Virus record (IMG/VR): IMGVR_UViG_3300037424_000434
Span: 64,001 to 128,000 of that record
DNA from: a virus
Lineage: Duplodnaviria > Caudoviricetes
DNA length: 64,000 bases
Direction: 5' to 3' (one strand)
The translations under genes were made by a program, and so were the position numbers. Under the pieces are notes generated by a model, which saw nothing but the letters and a program-made list of their open reading frames with translations, made no database searches and had not been told where the DNA came from. Positions 9,844 to 20,675 of the stretch are shown piece by piece (positions within the stretch are counted from its first letter, which is position 1; each line of letters begins with the position of its first letter).

Positions 9844-9993
9844 GTCTTTCTCCTATTGGTTGGGGGATTGTCTTGTCGTTTACTATACACAAACTATACA
9901 CCAATAACTATTTGATGTCAACACAAAACAACCAAAGTGGTTTAGATCCACGAACATCAATGATGTCCGTGATGCATTCCTCGTTATTAAAGG

Positions 9994-10335
9994 CTAGTTA
10001 TTTGGACGCGATAGTTCTATACGATCATATAGGTCTTCTAGACTGTTTGTTTGGTCTCTTAGTCTAGTAGATATATAATCAATATCCGAGGCCAGTGGTG
10101 TAAGAAAACCGTTTTCACCTGCTGCATCTTCTTCCGTAGAAACCGGAAGTGCGGGCCTAGTCACGCTTGTTAAAATGTCATTCAGGTGTCTGATAATGGT
10201 TTCATTTCGTTCCAGAGCGGAATAGAGATTGCCCATCGCCTGTGTAATTTCTGCTGTTTTGTTGTTTGTAACTTCCCCTGCCGGGGAGTGGTTTTGTTTT
10301 GTCTTCACGATGCTGTTAGGATCTAGCGTATACAT
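9994..10335 (-). CDS. Hypothetical coiled-coil protein
   Basis: GGAG RBS; 113 aa. Confidence 0.6.
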   Translation of the reverse strand: MYTLDPNSIVKTKQNHSPAGEVTNNKTAEITQAMGNLYSALERNETIIRHLNDILTSVTRPALPVSTEEDAAGENGFLTPLASDIDYISTRLRDQTNSLEDLYDRIELSRPNN

Positions 10336-10359
10336 AAAATTTTCTCCTCTCTAAATATA

Positions 10360-10560
10360 TTAATTAATTTCTTCAAAATTGTCAATAAAATATTGACGTG
10401 CGACATACCACAAATCGGAATGGTTCTTTGGATTCCGGGCTATCATTCCCATATCAGTTTCAGGGAAATCAACATCAGACACAGAAATACCGGTCATATT
10501 CTCTCCCTGAACATACTCTCTCATTTCTGCTACATTGGTCCTTCGATATTTTTTATACAT
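10360..10560 (-). CDS. Conserved small phage protein
   Basis: GGAGG RBS; KYRRTNVAEMREY...MIARNPKNHSDLWYVARQYF resembles a common phage hypothetical family. Confidence 0.65.
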   Translation of the reverse strand: MYKKYRRTNVAEMREYVQGENMTGISVSDVDFPETDMGMIARNPKNHSDLWYVARQYFIDNFEEIN

Positions 10561-10648
10561 ATTTGTACCTCCTTTGTTATTTTCTTTGTCATTAAAGCAA
10601 TCCTTTTGATAACAACATTAACCAAGACACATGTTTTATTGCTATGGT

Positions 10649-10948
10649 TTATTCAGAATCGTCTTCATGTACATATAATGTTTGTTCTAGATACGATCCA
10701 ACACGGTGCTTTAGACCACATGTACAAGTTTTGTCATAATACCCAAAATCACACGAAGATGGATGTTCAAACTCAAAATGGTTAGGCATGTCCAGTATGG
10801 CTTTTTGTAGTTTTTCGTTTTGTTTTTGAAGAACGTCCAGCTCATCCAAGGCCATAGCAATAGCTTCACTTGAAGTTGCCGAATGACCTTCACCGCAGCA
10901 CACCATGGAACTTAGCATACCTATAGCCGTGCGTATTTTGTCTCTCAC
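10649..10948 (-). CDS. Hypothetical protein
   Basis: GGAG RBS; 99 aa. Confidence 0.55.
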   Translation of the reverse strand: MRDKIRTAIGMLSSMVCCGEGHSATSSEAIAMALDELDVLQKQNEKLQKAILDMPNHFEFEHPSSCDFGYYDKTCTCGLKHRVGSYLEQTLYVHEDDSE

Positions 10949-11036
10949 GTTTCAATCTCCTTTAATGTTTTTTGATAACAATCTTTTAATAAAAAACAAA
11001 ACCTACTCTTTTTCTGTTTATCAACAAATTAGAAAC

Positions 11037-11549
11037 CTAAACTCCCGCACGGTGCTTCTCGATCCGGTCGAAAATCTCATAAACAAACGCCTCGTGTTCG
11101 TCTTTAAGATTTATTTTTGCTTTATTGAATTCATAGTATTGTTGGGCTGTATTTCCGAACTTGTAGCCCATCGCTGTCCAGTCAATAACCATATGGATAA
11201 CATCCATATAATTTTCAGCGGTTTCGTGGTGGTGGTGATTCTTCTCTTTGTGATTTTTCCACGCAGAATCAAAGCCACTGGATCTCTTGTCTTCGTCATT
11301 CACTGGGGAGAATGATGCCCTATACTGGACAAATTCTTCCTTACTGAATTTCGATAAATCGTGCGCTATCACTTCGGCCCGAAGAGTATGCCAACCACAA
11401 TCATCCCCAACCCACAACATGTCACCACAAGCGTTTGATATTTCAATAAACGCTAATCGCACATTTTCAAGATGATCTTCGAGGTAGTCTAAATACTGCC
11501 GTGTTTTGTCGATATAGTCTTGTCCTGCCATCCGATCTATAAAAGCCAT
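11037..11549 (-). CDS. HD-like (DUF5662-type) protein
   Basis: AHDLSKFS..EF..YR...AWKNHKEKNHHH..MVIDWTAM; GGAGG RBS. Confidence 0.65.
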   Translation of the reverse strand: MAFIDRMAGQDYIDKTRQYLDYLEDHLENVRLAFIEISNACGDMLWVGDDCGWHTLRAEVIAHDLSKFSKEEFVQYRASFSPVNDEDKRSSGFDSAWKNHKEKNHHHHETAENYMDVIHMVIDWTAMGYKFGNTAQQYYEFNKAKINLKDEHEAFVYEIFDRIEKHRAGV

Positions 11550-11616
11550 AATTCCTCCTTTCTGGTATCAAATATTCAGTCCATTTTCGTGTTATTGAAT
11601 TTGCTTGTCTCGGGGT

Positions 11617-11841
11617 TTATCGATCTTTTCCTTTGGTTCCCTTGATATAAGCTTCTTTGTTGAGCCTGATTTGTTCTACTGTTGCTTGTTCAGATCCGCA
11701 GTAATCACAGACAGCATAATGAAGATCCACAACAATAGGAATCCCATCAATCGTCTCATCCAATACATGTTTAGTTACCAAGTAGTCTACGTAACCTATA
11801 AAACAGATTGGGCATTTGGTTGACTCTGTTTGATTATTCAC
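11617..11841 (-). CDS. YgiT/MqsA-type zinc-finger protein without an HTH
   Basis: CPIC...DGIPIVVDLHYAVCDYCGSEQ matches the YgiT-type Zn-finger layout. Confidence 0.55.
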   Translation of the reverse strand: MNNQTESTKCPICFIGYVDYLVTKHVLDETIDGIPIVVDLHYAVCDYCGSEQATVEQIRLNKEAYIKGTKGKDR

Positions 11842-12093
11842 CGAAGTTCCTTTGGGGTTTAGTTTGTCTTGCTTGGCATGGAGACGGTTGATTGTGTTGC
11901 ACCCGAGGGAATTTAGATAAAGCCAAGTGACGCTACCCCGAATTCATATGCAGACCGCCATCCACACCACGCATCTTGAATTGACGGCAACACATAATCG
12001 CCATGTTCGTTGCGTCTCATTGTATGCTTGTTTCCCCTGAGATGGTACATTTCGAAATCCTCGCGAATTTTTGCTTCATCCATTACTATCTCC

Positions 12094-12297
12094 TTATATC
12101 TTGAACAAATCGCCATCAAAATATTCCACAACACTACTCTTTTTATGTTTGGCCAAACATCTTTTACAGGTTATATTGTCAACAACAAGCGTAAGTTTCA
12201 AGCCCTTGCCTCTTGCTCGTTTTGTTTTGCAGAGGGCTTCGTTTATGCCGTAATGTATCACCGGAACATACTCTCCGAATTTTCTCCATAAATACAT
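12094..12297 (-). CDS. Small Zn-binding protein with FDGDLFKI tail
   Basis: HY...ALC...ITCKRC motif; tail variant of the EDLF family. Confidence 0.55.
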   Translation of the reverse strand: MYLWRKFGEYVPVIHYGINEALCKTKRARGKGLKLTLVVDNITCKRCLAKHKKSSVVEYFDGDLFKI

Positions 12298-12326
12298 AAC
12301 TCTCTCGTCTCTGTCATGAACAATGG

Positions 12327-12536
12327 CTAATCGTTTTTTCGTCTATCCCCACCAATATCTTCGGTTCTGGAATATCGGCGTTTAAACGCATAACAATCAT
12401 CCCACTCATCAAGTTCCCATTTCTGAATGACCCGAACTCCCTCCCAATGTCCTTTTGAACACCAAGCCCATGGGCTACTCAAATTATACTCAGTTAGTTC
12501 TTCGCCCATTCTATACATGCATTCATCACATTTCAC
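12327..12536 (-). CDS. Cys-rich hypothetical protein
   Basis: CDEC...WCSKGHW...DC motif. Confidence 0.5.
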   Translation of the reverse strand: MKCDECMYRMGEELTEYNLSSPWAWCSKGHWEGVRVIQKWELDEWDDCYAFKRRYSRTEDIGGDRRKND

Positions 12537-12592
12537 AAATTTTTCTCCGTTGTTTGGTGATATCCAATCCTATTGTCAGCGAAAAGGGGGAA

Positions 12593-13165
12593 TCACACAA
12601 TTTGGCAATGGGAGGGCACTAAACAAACAACACCTTTCTTTTTTATAAAAAGAGCTTGTCGGTTGAAATTCCAAACAAACAATGTACTGTTATTTGGTTT
12701 ATCTGTGAGTACATCCATAACCCAAGTGTATGGCACTCCACAATCAAGATCGTCAATGTAATTATTAATATGGGCTGGTTGTGGTTCGGGGTCAGGTTCC
12801 TCTTTGTTTCCACAGGTACAATTCCCCCCACATCCCTGCCCTCCAGAATTGTTGGGTGGTGTGTTTACTTGCTCCCCTGTTGACGAGGTAAAACCTGATG
12901 GTGGGGTTTTGTGAAGAGTAGAGTCATTAGTTTCGATGTTTTTCCTATCACTTTCTGTACATGGTGATTTTATTTGTTCCTCAAAAATGTATTCTTCTTG
13001 ATTACTCGGTTCCACCTCAATCCCAAACTCTGACAATTTGCTTTTCAGTCGGGAAATATAAGATAGCTGGTCTTGCACCAAGGCATCCAGACTTTCGTTG
13101 AGTTTTCGGGATTCTTTGAGTCCGGCTAATAGTTTGCGGATTGTTGCGGTTTGGTCAATAGACAT
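12593..13165 (-). CDS. Hypothetical protein (coiled coil plus disordered linker)
   Basis: AGGAG RBS; 190 aa. Confidence 0.65.
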   Translation of the reverse strand: MSIDQTATIRKLLAGLKESRKLNESLDALVQDQLSYISRLKSKLSEFGIEVEPSNQEEYIFEEQIKSPCTESDRKNIETNDSTLHKTPPSGFTSSTGEQVNTPPNNSGGQGCGGNCTCGNKEEPDPEPQPAHINNYIDDLDCGVPYTWVMDVLTDKPNNSTLFVWNFNRQALFIKKKGVVCLVPSHCQIV

Positions 13166-13277
13166 TTGTTTCTCCTAAGCAGGATTAAGGACATAGTTAA
13201 TGGTCGTAAAAATTATATCATAACATTTCCGGGTTCTACATGTCAACAAGTTTTTGTAGATTTTTCGACATATCACA

Positions 13278-13538
13278 TTAAAGAAATAAAATCAGCCAAG
13301 CTAGAAGCTTGCACACGATATATGATCCAGTCAGCGCCGTTGGCACAGAAATCAGCCACACCACCAAATCACTCCGAAACAAACGTTGAAGTTTAGAAAA
13401 AACAAATACGAAAATAGGGACTGCAATGAAAAGAAATACCAAAAATTCAAACACAGAACTATCTCCGCTCCAGAGAAGTTTGTCCAACTCCATTTCAGTA
13501 CGTGACCTATATAAAATTATCGATCCACCATTTTGCAT
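13278..13538 (-). CDS. Putative membrane protein
   Basis: Two hydrophobic stretches. Confidence 0.5.
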   Translation of the reverse strand: MQNGGSIILYRSRTEMELDKLLWSGDSSVFEFLVFLFIAVPIFVFVFSKLQRLFRSDLVVWLISVPTALTGSYIVCKLLAWLILFL

Positions 13539-13676
13539 TTTGTTTTCTCCTTTTCTGTCTGTGTTTGTTTGTATTGACGAAGTTCTTTTTTTAATTGTTT
13601 ACCGGCGATGCAAGGCTTTTTGCATTCTCCCCCACATGAACAATCAGATTGATAGTTCATAATAAATCCTTTCTAA

Positions 13677-13949
13677 TCAATGTAAGGTTTTCAGGAAAAC
13701 CTCTCCTTTGCCTGAGAGGTAATAATAAGGGGTAAAAGATTTATGAGCATATGACCATCTCAGATCTTCTGCCAGATATCCTTCAGAAACGGCGACATGG
13801 ATGCTAGTTGATTTGAAACCATGATATTCAAGTGCTGGTCCGAAATTACATCCACCTTTACTGATGGTTTGAAGCAAGTCAACAAGATCCCTGTATGCCT
13901 TGATTTCGGTAATATTTTCTTTCCGTTTTTCTTGACTCAGTGTATTCAT
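13677..13949 (-). CDS. Hypothetical protein
   Basis: GGAG RBS; 90 aa. Confidence 0.55.
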   Translation of the reverse strand: MNTLSQEKRKENITEIKAYRDLVDLLQTISKGGCNFGPALEYHGFKSTSIHVAVSEGYLAEDLRWSYAHKSFTPYYYLSGKGEVFLKTLH

Positions 13950-14997
13950 ATGTAGTATCTCCTACCAAAGTTGGGGCCAAAAGTCAAACACAATCTAAAA
14001 TTTTTGCTTGCAGCACATCAACCCATTGTTCTGTATCCATATCGTTCAACCGATACACCATGACCATGCTGTCATCTAGCATGGGAACAGATTTGTGAAG
14101 TGGGTGAAAATAAAAGTATCCACATCCACGAACCAACTCATATCCTATGTCGGCTATTCGGTCGTTGATTTTTTTGAGTGTTAATTTCATGGATACTCCA
14201 TTGTTTCCTTTCAACAATATACCACCACGCCCTCTAAAAGTCAAGCCAAAAACGAATAACCCTCTCACATAAGTGGTGAGAGGGTATTTTTCTATTAAGT
14301 TATATGTTTATTATGTTATATTAGGGGGTTATTTAACGGGCCATCTCTGATACTATTTGTTTTTGACCGGTGTTGATGCATTTGATGTTCCTTTGGCAAA
14401 GTAAAGTTTTATTAAGTAACGTTATTGACCGTCAATACTTCAAATCATCCGCAACAAAACCACAGCTATTTGCAGAATACCCAAAATCATTATCACAAAG
14501 TCTTGCTTGTATAAAGTTGATTTGTTCCATCATGGTCTCCTATCACACGCGGGATTATATGGACACTATATCATATGTATTTTTATCAGTCAAGCTTTTT
14601 TGTTTGAACAAGAACGTTTTGTATTTGATTTTAATGCAATCAGTCCACGCCAAATCCCATACCAGAAACCACCAAAGATGGCTGTATCTTCAACGACAAT
14701 CTTTGTCGTGTCTGTCCTGACTACACAAACAGCTTCTCTAGATTCTGTCTGTTCGTTTAACTTTTTTAGTGTTTCAAGACCGTGCATACTTTTATCCTTT
14801 TTTTATAAAATAGAGGGTATAGTAAAAATAGGGAGGTACTGGCCGAGTCGGCACATATACTCCACAAAATAGATGAATCAAAATGTATGGCACACAATAT
14901 CCATATTATATTGACCAAAGATGCTTTCGCCAAAAGGTTCATTTGTCGTTAAATTCGTTGTCCAGTGAGAGTCTTGTTACGGGATATTTATATTTAT

Positions 14998-15026
14998 ATG
15001 CTACCAAGGTTACCTATGAATGTCAA
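14998..15026 (-). promoter_or_regulatory. Sigma70-like promoter containing an AGGTTACCT palindrome
   Basis: TTGACA-N17-TAGCAT with the palindrome in the spacer. Confidence 0.6.
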
Positions 15027-15070
15027 GCAAGTTTTTGAACTGATATCGAAACAGTAAGTTTACGAAGTAA

Positions 15071-15268
15071 TCAGTCCTTCCATTTCTGTTTATAGGTGTC
15101 TTTTATTTCTTGGATATTAGCGGTTGTCGTGGGCATCATAACAACATTTAATATGTATATTATGTGATCAATTAGACACGGACCCATACCAACATCTGGA
15201 TTAGAATCATCATATAATTTCCGGTATCTTGTGGCAACAGCCAAAGCTCTCACCAACTCATCAGTCAT
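15071..15268 (-). CDS. Hypothetical protein
   Basis: 65-aa ORF. Confidence 0.5.
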   Translation of the reverse strand: MTDELVRALAVATRYRKLYDDSNPDVGMGPCLIDHIIYILNVVMMPTTTANIQEIKDTYKQKWKD

Positions 15269-15495
15269 TGTATTTCCTGTTAACTCTCATTGCTTCATAC
15301 ATTTCTTCGAGAAGTTTACGGCGAGGGCATCTATAGCACTCAGCAAAAGTTTTGTCCACACATTTATCAAATGGTCTGTTTTCCGTTGGACAAAATACTC
15401 TTCTTCGCATCGACCCCCCCCTTTTTTATTTTTGAGTCATCTTCCCGTATAGATATCTGGTACAATTTACCGCAATGCCAGATTCCACGTTATCC

Positions 15496-15843
15496 TCATT
15501 TGTCCAAAAATCTCTCAAGCTCGTGTATATCCTCGATGGACCAGTCACGAAGATTAAGTTCTTTAAACATTTTTGTCACGTGATAAATAGCCAAGTTTTT
15601 TTCTTTTTCCTTGACCAGCAATGCAACCATTGACGGCGTAACATGTTCTATGGATTCTCTAAACCAGACAGAATCGCCGATCCGTATCCCTGATGTTTTG
15701 TTGTACCGTGACGCCCCGATGATCACTTGCGTCTTTGTGGTTCGATCCACAATTTTTAGTTGTTTAGAGTTTCCCGCATTGGTTGTGACAACAACATAAT
15801 CTCCGGCCACCAAATCCTTTGTCTCTTTTTGCCCATCTTTCAT
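15496..15843 (-). CDS. Hypothetical protein (SH3-like N-terminus)
   Basis: AGGAG RBS before MKDGQK; DLVAGDYVVV...VDRTTKTQVIIG..RYNKTSG. Confidence 0.6.
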   Translation of the reverse strand: MKDGQKETKDLVAGDYVVVTTNAGNSKQLKIVDRTTKTQVIIGASRYNKTSGIRIGDSVWFRESIEHVTPSMVALLVKEKEKNLAIYHVTKMFKELNLRDWSIEDIHELERFLDK

Positions 15844-16071
15844 AACAACTCTCCTTTGGTTATATTCTCTTAGATCTACATAAAAATCCACACACAACAT
15901 TACACCCGATAGACACGGTTAAATATAAAACAACAATGAATGTGGAAAACAGCATAGGAGCTCCAAAACAAGCCAACGAGGCGTTTATTATCACACACGC
16001 TACCGACCATACCCATGAGACATATGAGCCCGCCAAAAAGCCTCTCAGGAGGCTTTGGCGTATATTTGGAA

Positions 16072-16287
16072 TCATAGTGTAAATAGATCCTCGGTTAAAC
16101 TTATTTTTCTTTGTTCCCCTACCATAACTTTCCACTCAATCCTATATGCGGATTTGTTACAATGCAAGCAAGGCATTGGTAGAAAGTCACAAGAGCTTAT
16201 ATTACCATATCGACCCATGAAATGTTTATCAAGGTCCGTTTGGGACACCGGGCGTTTACAATGCGGGCATATCACGAATTTGATCAT
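16072..16287 (-). CDS. Zn-ribbon protein with LTEDLFTL tail
   Basis: CPHC, CLHC; family tail. Confidence 0.65.
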   Translation of the reverse strand: MIKFVICPHCKRPVSQTDLDKHFMGRYGNISSCDFLPMPCLHCNKSAYRIEWKVMVGEQRKISLTEDLFTL

Positions 16288-16633
16288 TTATGTATCCTAC
16301 ACCAAAAATGTTAGGCGTTACTTTATCCTGAACCACTTACAGGCCAGCATCACTATAATGCACAGCACCGGCCCTCCAATGAGTGTCATAAAAATAAACC
16401 ATATTTGAAATTCGCGGCTATATTCCATAGCGTTTGTAAAACTCCATAATCGAAATCTCAGCCCTACCACCACACTCGCTATCCCGGTATCTTGCATATT
16501 TAAAATACAGTGATTTCAATTCGTCCACGCTTAAGTGTTCCATTAGTAATTAGCCCCCACTGTAAACATTATTTCATCAAACCGTTTATGCGTTCTCAAA
16601 TAGATTTTTGTTGATCTGAAAATCCGTTTTCGA

Positions 16634-16945
16634 CTAAACCTCAAACAAGTCTTCTTGGTCAACAAAAGCATTGCTGGCAACAAGCTCGAACCAATCTTCG
16701 TGCCACTTTTGGTCACATGGATCAGTGTGTAAAGTTACAACGGGAATGTCTCCCAAATCATAGCTCAATGCAGTGACTCGCATTAAACCCAGTCCTACCA
16801 TATTACAGATCCATTCTCTAGGCCCACCCCATTGACTGTACAACCTGAAGATTTGTTTGTGGTTGATGATGCGTTCTTGGAGATTGCTTTTCAGTCTAAC
16901 CAAATCTCCCACAGCAAATTTATGTTTTTTGGGTTTAGTTGTCAT
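16634..16945 (-). CDS. KOW-like protein with DQEDLFEV tail
   Basis: KFAVGDLVRLKS...WHEDWFELV; family tail. Confidence 0.7.
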   Translation of the reverse strand: MTTKPKKHKFAVGDLVRLKSNLQERIINHKQIFRLYSQWGGPREWICNMVGLGLMRVTALSYDLGDIPVVTLHTDPCDQKWHEDWFELVASNAFVDQEDLFEV

Positions 16946-17012
16946 GTCGAATCCTTTGGGTGCAAAACATATAACTTACCATACACCACCTCGGCTCGGT
17001 AGTCAACAAAAA

Positions 17013-17441
17013 TTATATTAACTGTTTTTGTGGTTCAGACCTTGTTGGCGGCGTACTTTCTTTTTCCTGTCTCAACCGTTCCATAGCGTATTCATTTCTG
17101 GCATTATCAAGAAGAATTTTTACATCATTATACACTTTTTTGAGAGTGTCGTTGACCTCATCTTTCGTTGCACCCAGTTCAACCAAATGATTTGCTAACA
17201 AAGTAACGGCAGGTTCACACGGCTTTAGCGAAGAATCCAAAGAGAACTCAGTGGTGAAGCCATATGGGATATATGCTGTGGCCCACTTGATCAAACATAG
17301 ACCAAGAATATTGACATCCAATTGCAGGGATTCCGATTGTTCGGGGGTCAGATCAGGTAGAATCTCTACTTTTGCCATAACAGACTGGACAAACATGAAC
17401 GACAACACCAACAGCACAACAAAAATCTTAATGCTTTTCAT
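17013..17441 (-). CDS. Secreted/exported protein
   Basis: GGAGG RBS; Sec-type signal MKSIKIFVVLLVLSFMFVQSVMA. Confidence 0.7.
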   Translation of the reverse strand: MKSIKIFVVLLVLSFMFVQSVMAKVEILPDLTPEQSESLQLDVNILGLCLIKWATAYIPYGFTTEFSLDSSLKPCEPAVTLLANHLVELGATKDEVNDTLKKVYNDVKILLDNARNEYAMERLRQEKESTPPTRSEPQKQLI

Positions 17442-17628
17442 ATAAACCTCCTTTAATGTTTGGTTAATGATCAGAATCAGCGGAGATTTTAATGCACTTT
17501 TTTAAGATCTGCGCCTTTTCCTTATCTGAAAGCCTAGGGAAATTTTTATTGACTAGCTCAATTATTTCGCTGAATTGCTTAACTGCTCCAAACGTAGTTT
17601 TCATATAAAACTCCTTTAATGTTTGTGT

Positions 17629-17994
17629 TTAAAATGGTATATCATCATCTAATAAAAATCTTCGTGCTTGTATTGGGGTAGGAGAGATTCTGGGTCGAGA
17701 ATTTCGCCCAGACCTAGCTGGTGTGGGCTGTCGCGCTGGTTCAGCAGAAGAACCGACCGACATGTCTTTGATCTGATTTTTCGTGAATCCAAGACGCAAC
17801 AATGCCTCATCATCAAGACCCGTATCTTCTCCCTTCTCAATAAAATCAAGATAGTCATATATTTCTTGGATATGCATAACAAGTTTGTGTATAACAGCAC
17901 CCTCGGAAGGTCTTGTTATTTTAATCTTTTCAGAAAGTTCTAATATTTTGTTGTATTTTTCGTTAGATATTCTTGTCGGTTTATCCATCACCAA
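17629..17994 (-). CDS. Hypothetical protein with SSB-like C-terminal DDDIPF
   Basis: Helical N-terminus, Pro/Arg-rich linker, terminal LLDDDIPF. Confidence 0.7.
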   Translation of the reverse strand: MVMDKPTRISNEKYNKILELSEKIKITRPSEGAVIHKLVMHIQEIYDYLDFIEKGEDTGLDDEALLRLGFTKNQIKDMSVGSSAEPARQPTPARSGRNSRPRISPTPIQARRFLLDDDIPF

Positions 17995-18416
17995 TATTCC
18001 TCTCGGTCATCTCCTTGACCAAATGTATCTTTCTTGTGACATGCGCCAAACAACCACTAGCTGGCTTTTTTGACCTTGAGCTTGAACCCGATAGTGAACC
18101 TACCACCCGAGTTCCATTTAACCAAAGCTTTGGCTTGGGCAATCTTTATAGGAGCATCTTTGGTAGTCGTAACGGTTCCCAGAAACTCGCCTCTTGATGT
18201 TTCGACATTCCAGACCTGTAATTCCAACATAGCGTTCTCCTTTGCTGTTTAGTTAACCCACTACCACATCTTATCCCAGACAACACACAAAGTCAAGCCA
18301 TAAATAATTGAGATATTCTTTTCCCACAAAGTCTACAAACATAACTTGATTTACCGTTTTTGATCTTGTTGTGTTTGGTGGATGATAACACATGAACACG
18401 ACATGCGCACCGGTAT

Positions 18417-18848
18417 TCATGTTGTTTTTTGCTTCGTATTTTGACCGGGGGTGCCTGTAATTTTACCCAATTTCATGAGAGCATTGGAAAGATCCATCGA
18501 GTGACATCGATCTGGTTTGGCCCCAAAGGATTTCATTACATTTTTCCATTCACGTCCATGGGATCTTGTTTCTCCCCAAACAAGATCTTGCACCAGATGA
18601 GCGAATTCGTGAACCACAGTTTCTTCAATATAATTCTCACTATATTCCAAAAGAGCGGCTTCGTGTAGATGCATGATGAATTTCTGTTGTTCTACTATTG
18701 TAACCGCCATTCCCGCAACCCTCGTACCCGCGAGATCATATTTTACTTCTACATTCGGAATCACAACACCGTAAATAACTGTGGTTTTTTTATTCAGTTC
18801 ATGTATACGATCCCAAACCTTCATCTTCAGATCATCAAGTCGCTTCAT
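18417..18848 (-). CDS. SprT-like zinc metalloprotease
   Basis: ETVVHEFAHL (HExxH), HGREWKNVM and RCH motifs of the SprT family. Confidence 0.85.
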   Translation of the reverse strand: MKRLDDLKMKVWDRIHELNKKTTVIYGVVIPNVEVKYDLAGTRVAGMAVTIVEQQKFIMHLHEAALLEYSENYIEETVVHEFAHLVQDLVWGETRSHGREWKNVMKSFGAKPDRCHSMDLSNALMKLGKITGTPGQNTKQKTT

Positions 18849-19062
18849 TTTGGAATCCTTTCTGTTGACGTATATACTATATCAAAAGGATGAATGAATG
18901 TCAAACAAAAAGGGATGAGCAAAAACCTATCCCCCCCCTAGTTCACTATTTGTATATCTTGAATTTTTTGAAGAATTTCCTGTTATCACCATAAAATCGG
19001 TTCTATGGCTAGTGCGGGTCGTGCTGCCGGGGGACTTCCGGTCCCCTCTCTTTTTCCGGCTT

Positions 19063-19305
19063 TCATACGTCCAACCCTCTGTTTCTGAGCCAGAGCAGTT
19101 CGTTTTCCTTTTTCTTTTCTCGGTTAGTCGGGTGGGCCATTTCGGCGGATACCAACTCGCGGCGGGCAACGGTTAGGAAGGCGTCCGCCGCCTCCCATTC
19201 CTGCAAATTTTCGTTTTTTTCGGCGATGCGTACCGCTTTTAGGGCTTCTTCGTATCTCTTTTTAGCTTGGATTCTTTGTGCGATCATTGTCTTGTCTCCT
19301 TGCAT
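19063..19305 (-). CDS. Hypothetical basic helical protein
   Basis: GAGG RBS; 80 aa; follows a TTGACA...TATACC-type promoter region. Confidence 0.55.
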   Translation of the reverse strand: MQGDKTMIAQRIQAKKRYEEALKAVRIAEKNENLQEWEAADAFLTVARRELVSAEMAHPTNREKKKENELLWLRNRGLDV

Positions 19306-19613
19306 TGATTTGCCCTCAATATAGGTATACTATAAACCCCCTTTGGTTTATTGTCAATAAAAAACACAAATAAGTGATTATCAATCTTTTACTTTTTAAA
19401 AAACTTTTCTTTTAAAAGATCCACAATTTTTGTTTGAATCTCTGTTAAATTTTTTCCAAAGTTCGGAAATATCGCATAAACAACAGCCGTTCCCACGAAA
19501 CCTAATACCAGAGTACCTAAATATGATAACATAAACTACCTCCTACAAAAAAATAAGTCCAAAATTATTTATGTTTTATTTAGGTTTTTGGCTACAACAT
19601 AATCGACTTCAAC

Positions 19614-19975
<362 letters not shown>

Positions 19976-19979
<4 letters not shown>

Positions 19980-20191
19980 GAAAACACCTTCCAGTTGATT
20001 ATAGTCACATCACACACCCGTTTTAATGTTTTTCTGTCTACTACAAGTTCATCTATTATTTGTTCTTGTAACGCCCGAATATCATCCATTCCCGAAATTT
20101 CTGGGTAATATATTTCTATGTTTCCTAAAAATCTATTGCCATTGGATTCTATTGCTTCATATGAAACGAAATATTTACAATATGGCAACAT
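19976..20191 (-). CDS. Hypothetical protein
   Basis: 71-aa ORF in the operon. Confidence 0.5.
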
Positions 20192-20378
20192 AGACGCCCT
20201 CTTCGTTTGGAGTCAATACGATGATCCCAACAGGGGCATATTCATTTCCGATAAAAGACGAATAATCAAATCCATCATATTTCAGATACAATGCAAGCTC
20301 GGGGTCAACATATCCAATAAACTCTTCCATGATAATCTCCTTTGTTTTTCGTTACGGTATCATAAATGATTCTATACG

Positions 20379-20675
20379 TCAAGGTAGTTTTCTGTTTTGG
20401 GGTTTCATCGTTTCCATGGTATCATATTGTGTTGGCCCAGTTTTCCTCTTATTCCAAGGAATGACAGCACGGGCATACAACCTAGACCACAACCTATTAA
20501 AACCTTTGCTGTAATAGGTGGGTAGTTCAACCCGAGGGCCACATGAATGACATTCGTCACATTGCACGGCATAGACTCCCCCACTATATATACCGAAATA
20601 GGCTTGTCCTCCGCAATGAGGGCATGGTTTTACTCCCTTAGTGAATCGAAACACTTTAATTCCTATCCCAAACAT
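20379..20675 (-). CDS. Lar-like restriction-alleviation family Zn-finger protein
   Basis: KPCPHCGG...VQCDECHSCGP...AVIPWNKR pattern. Confidence 0.6.
   Translation of the reverse strand: MFGIGIKVFRFTKGVKPCPHCGGQAYFGIYSGGVYAVQCDECHSCGPRVELPTYYSKGFNRLWSRLYARAVIPWNKRKTGPTQYDTMETMKPQNRKLP

Noticed and set aside
14333-14533. Minus-strand ORF with an in-frame TGA at 14432..14434 as Sec/Trp recoding
   Set aside because: Only 33 open codons follow, no SECIS-like hairpin was recognised, and conserved genes use TGG for Trp and TGA as stop.
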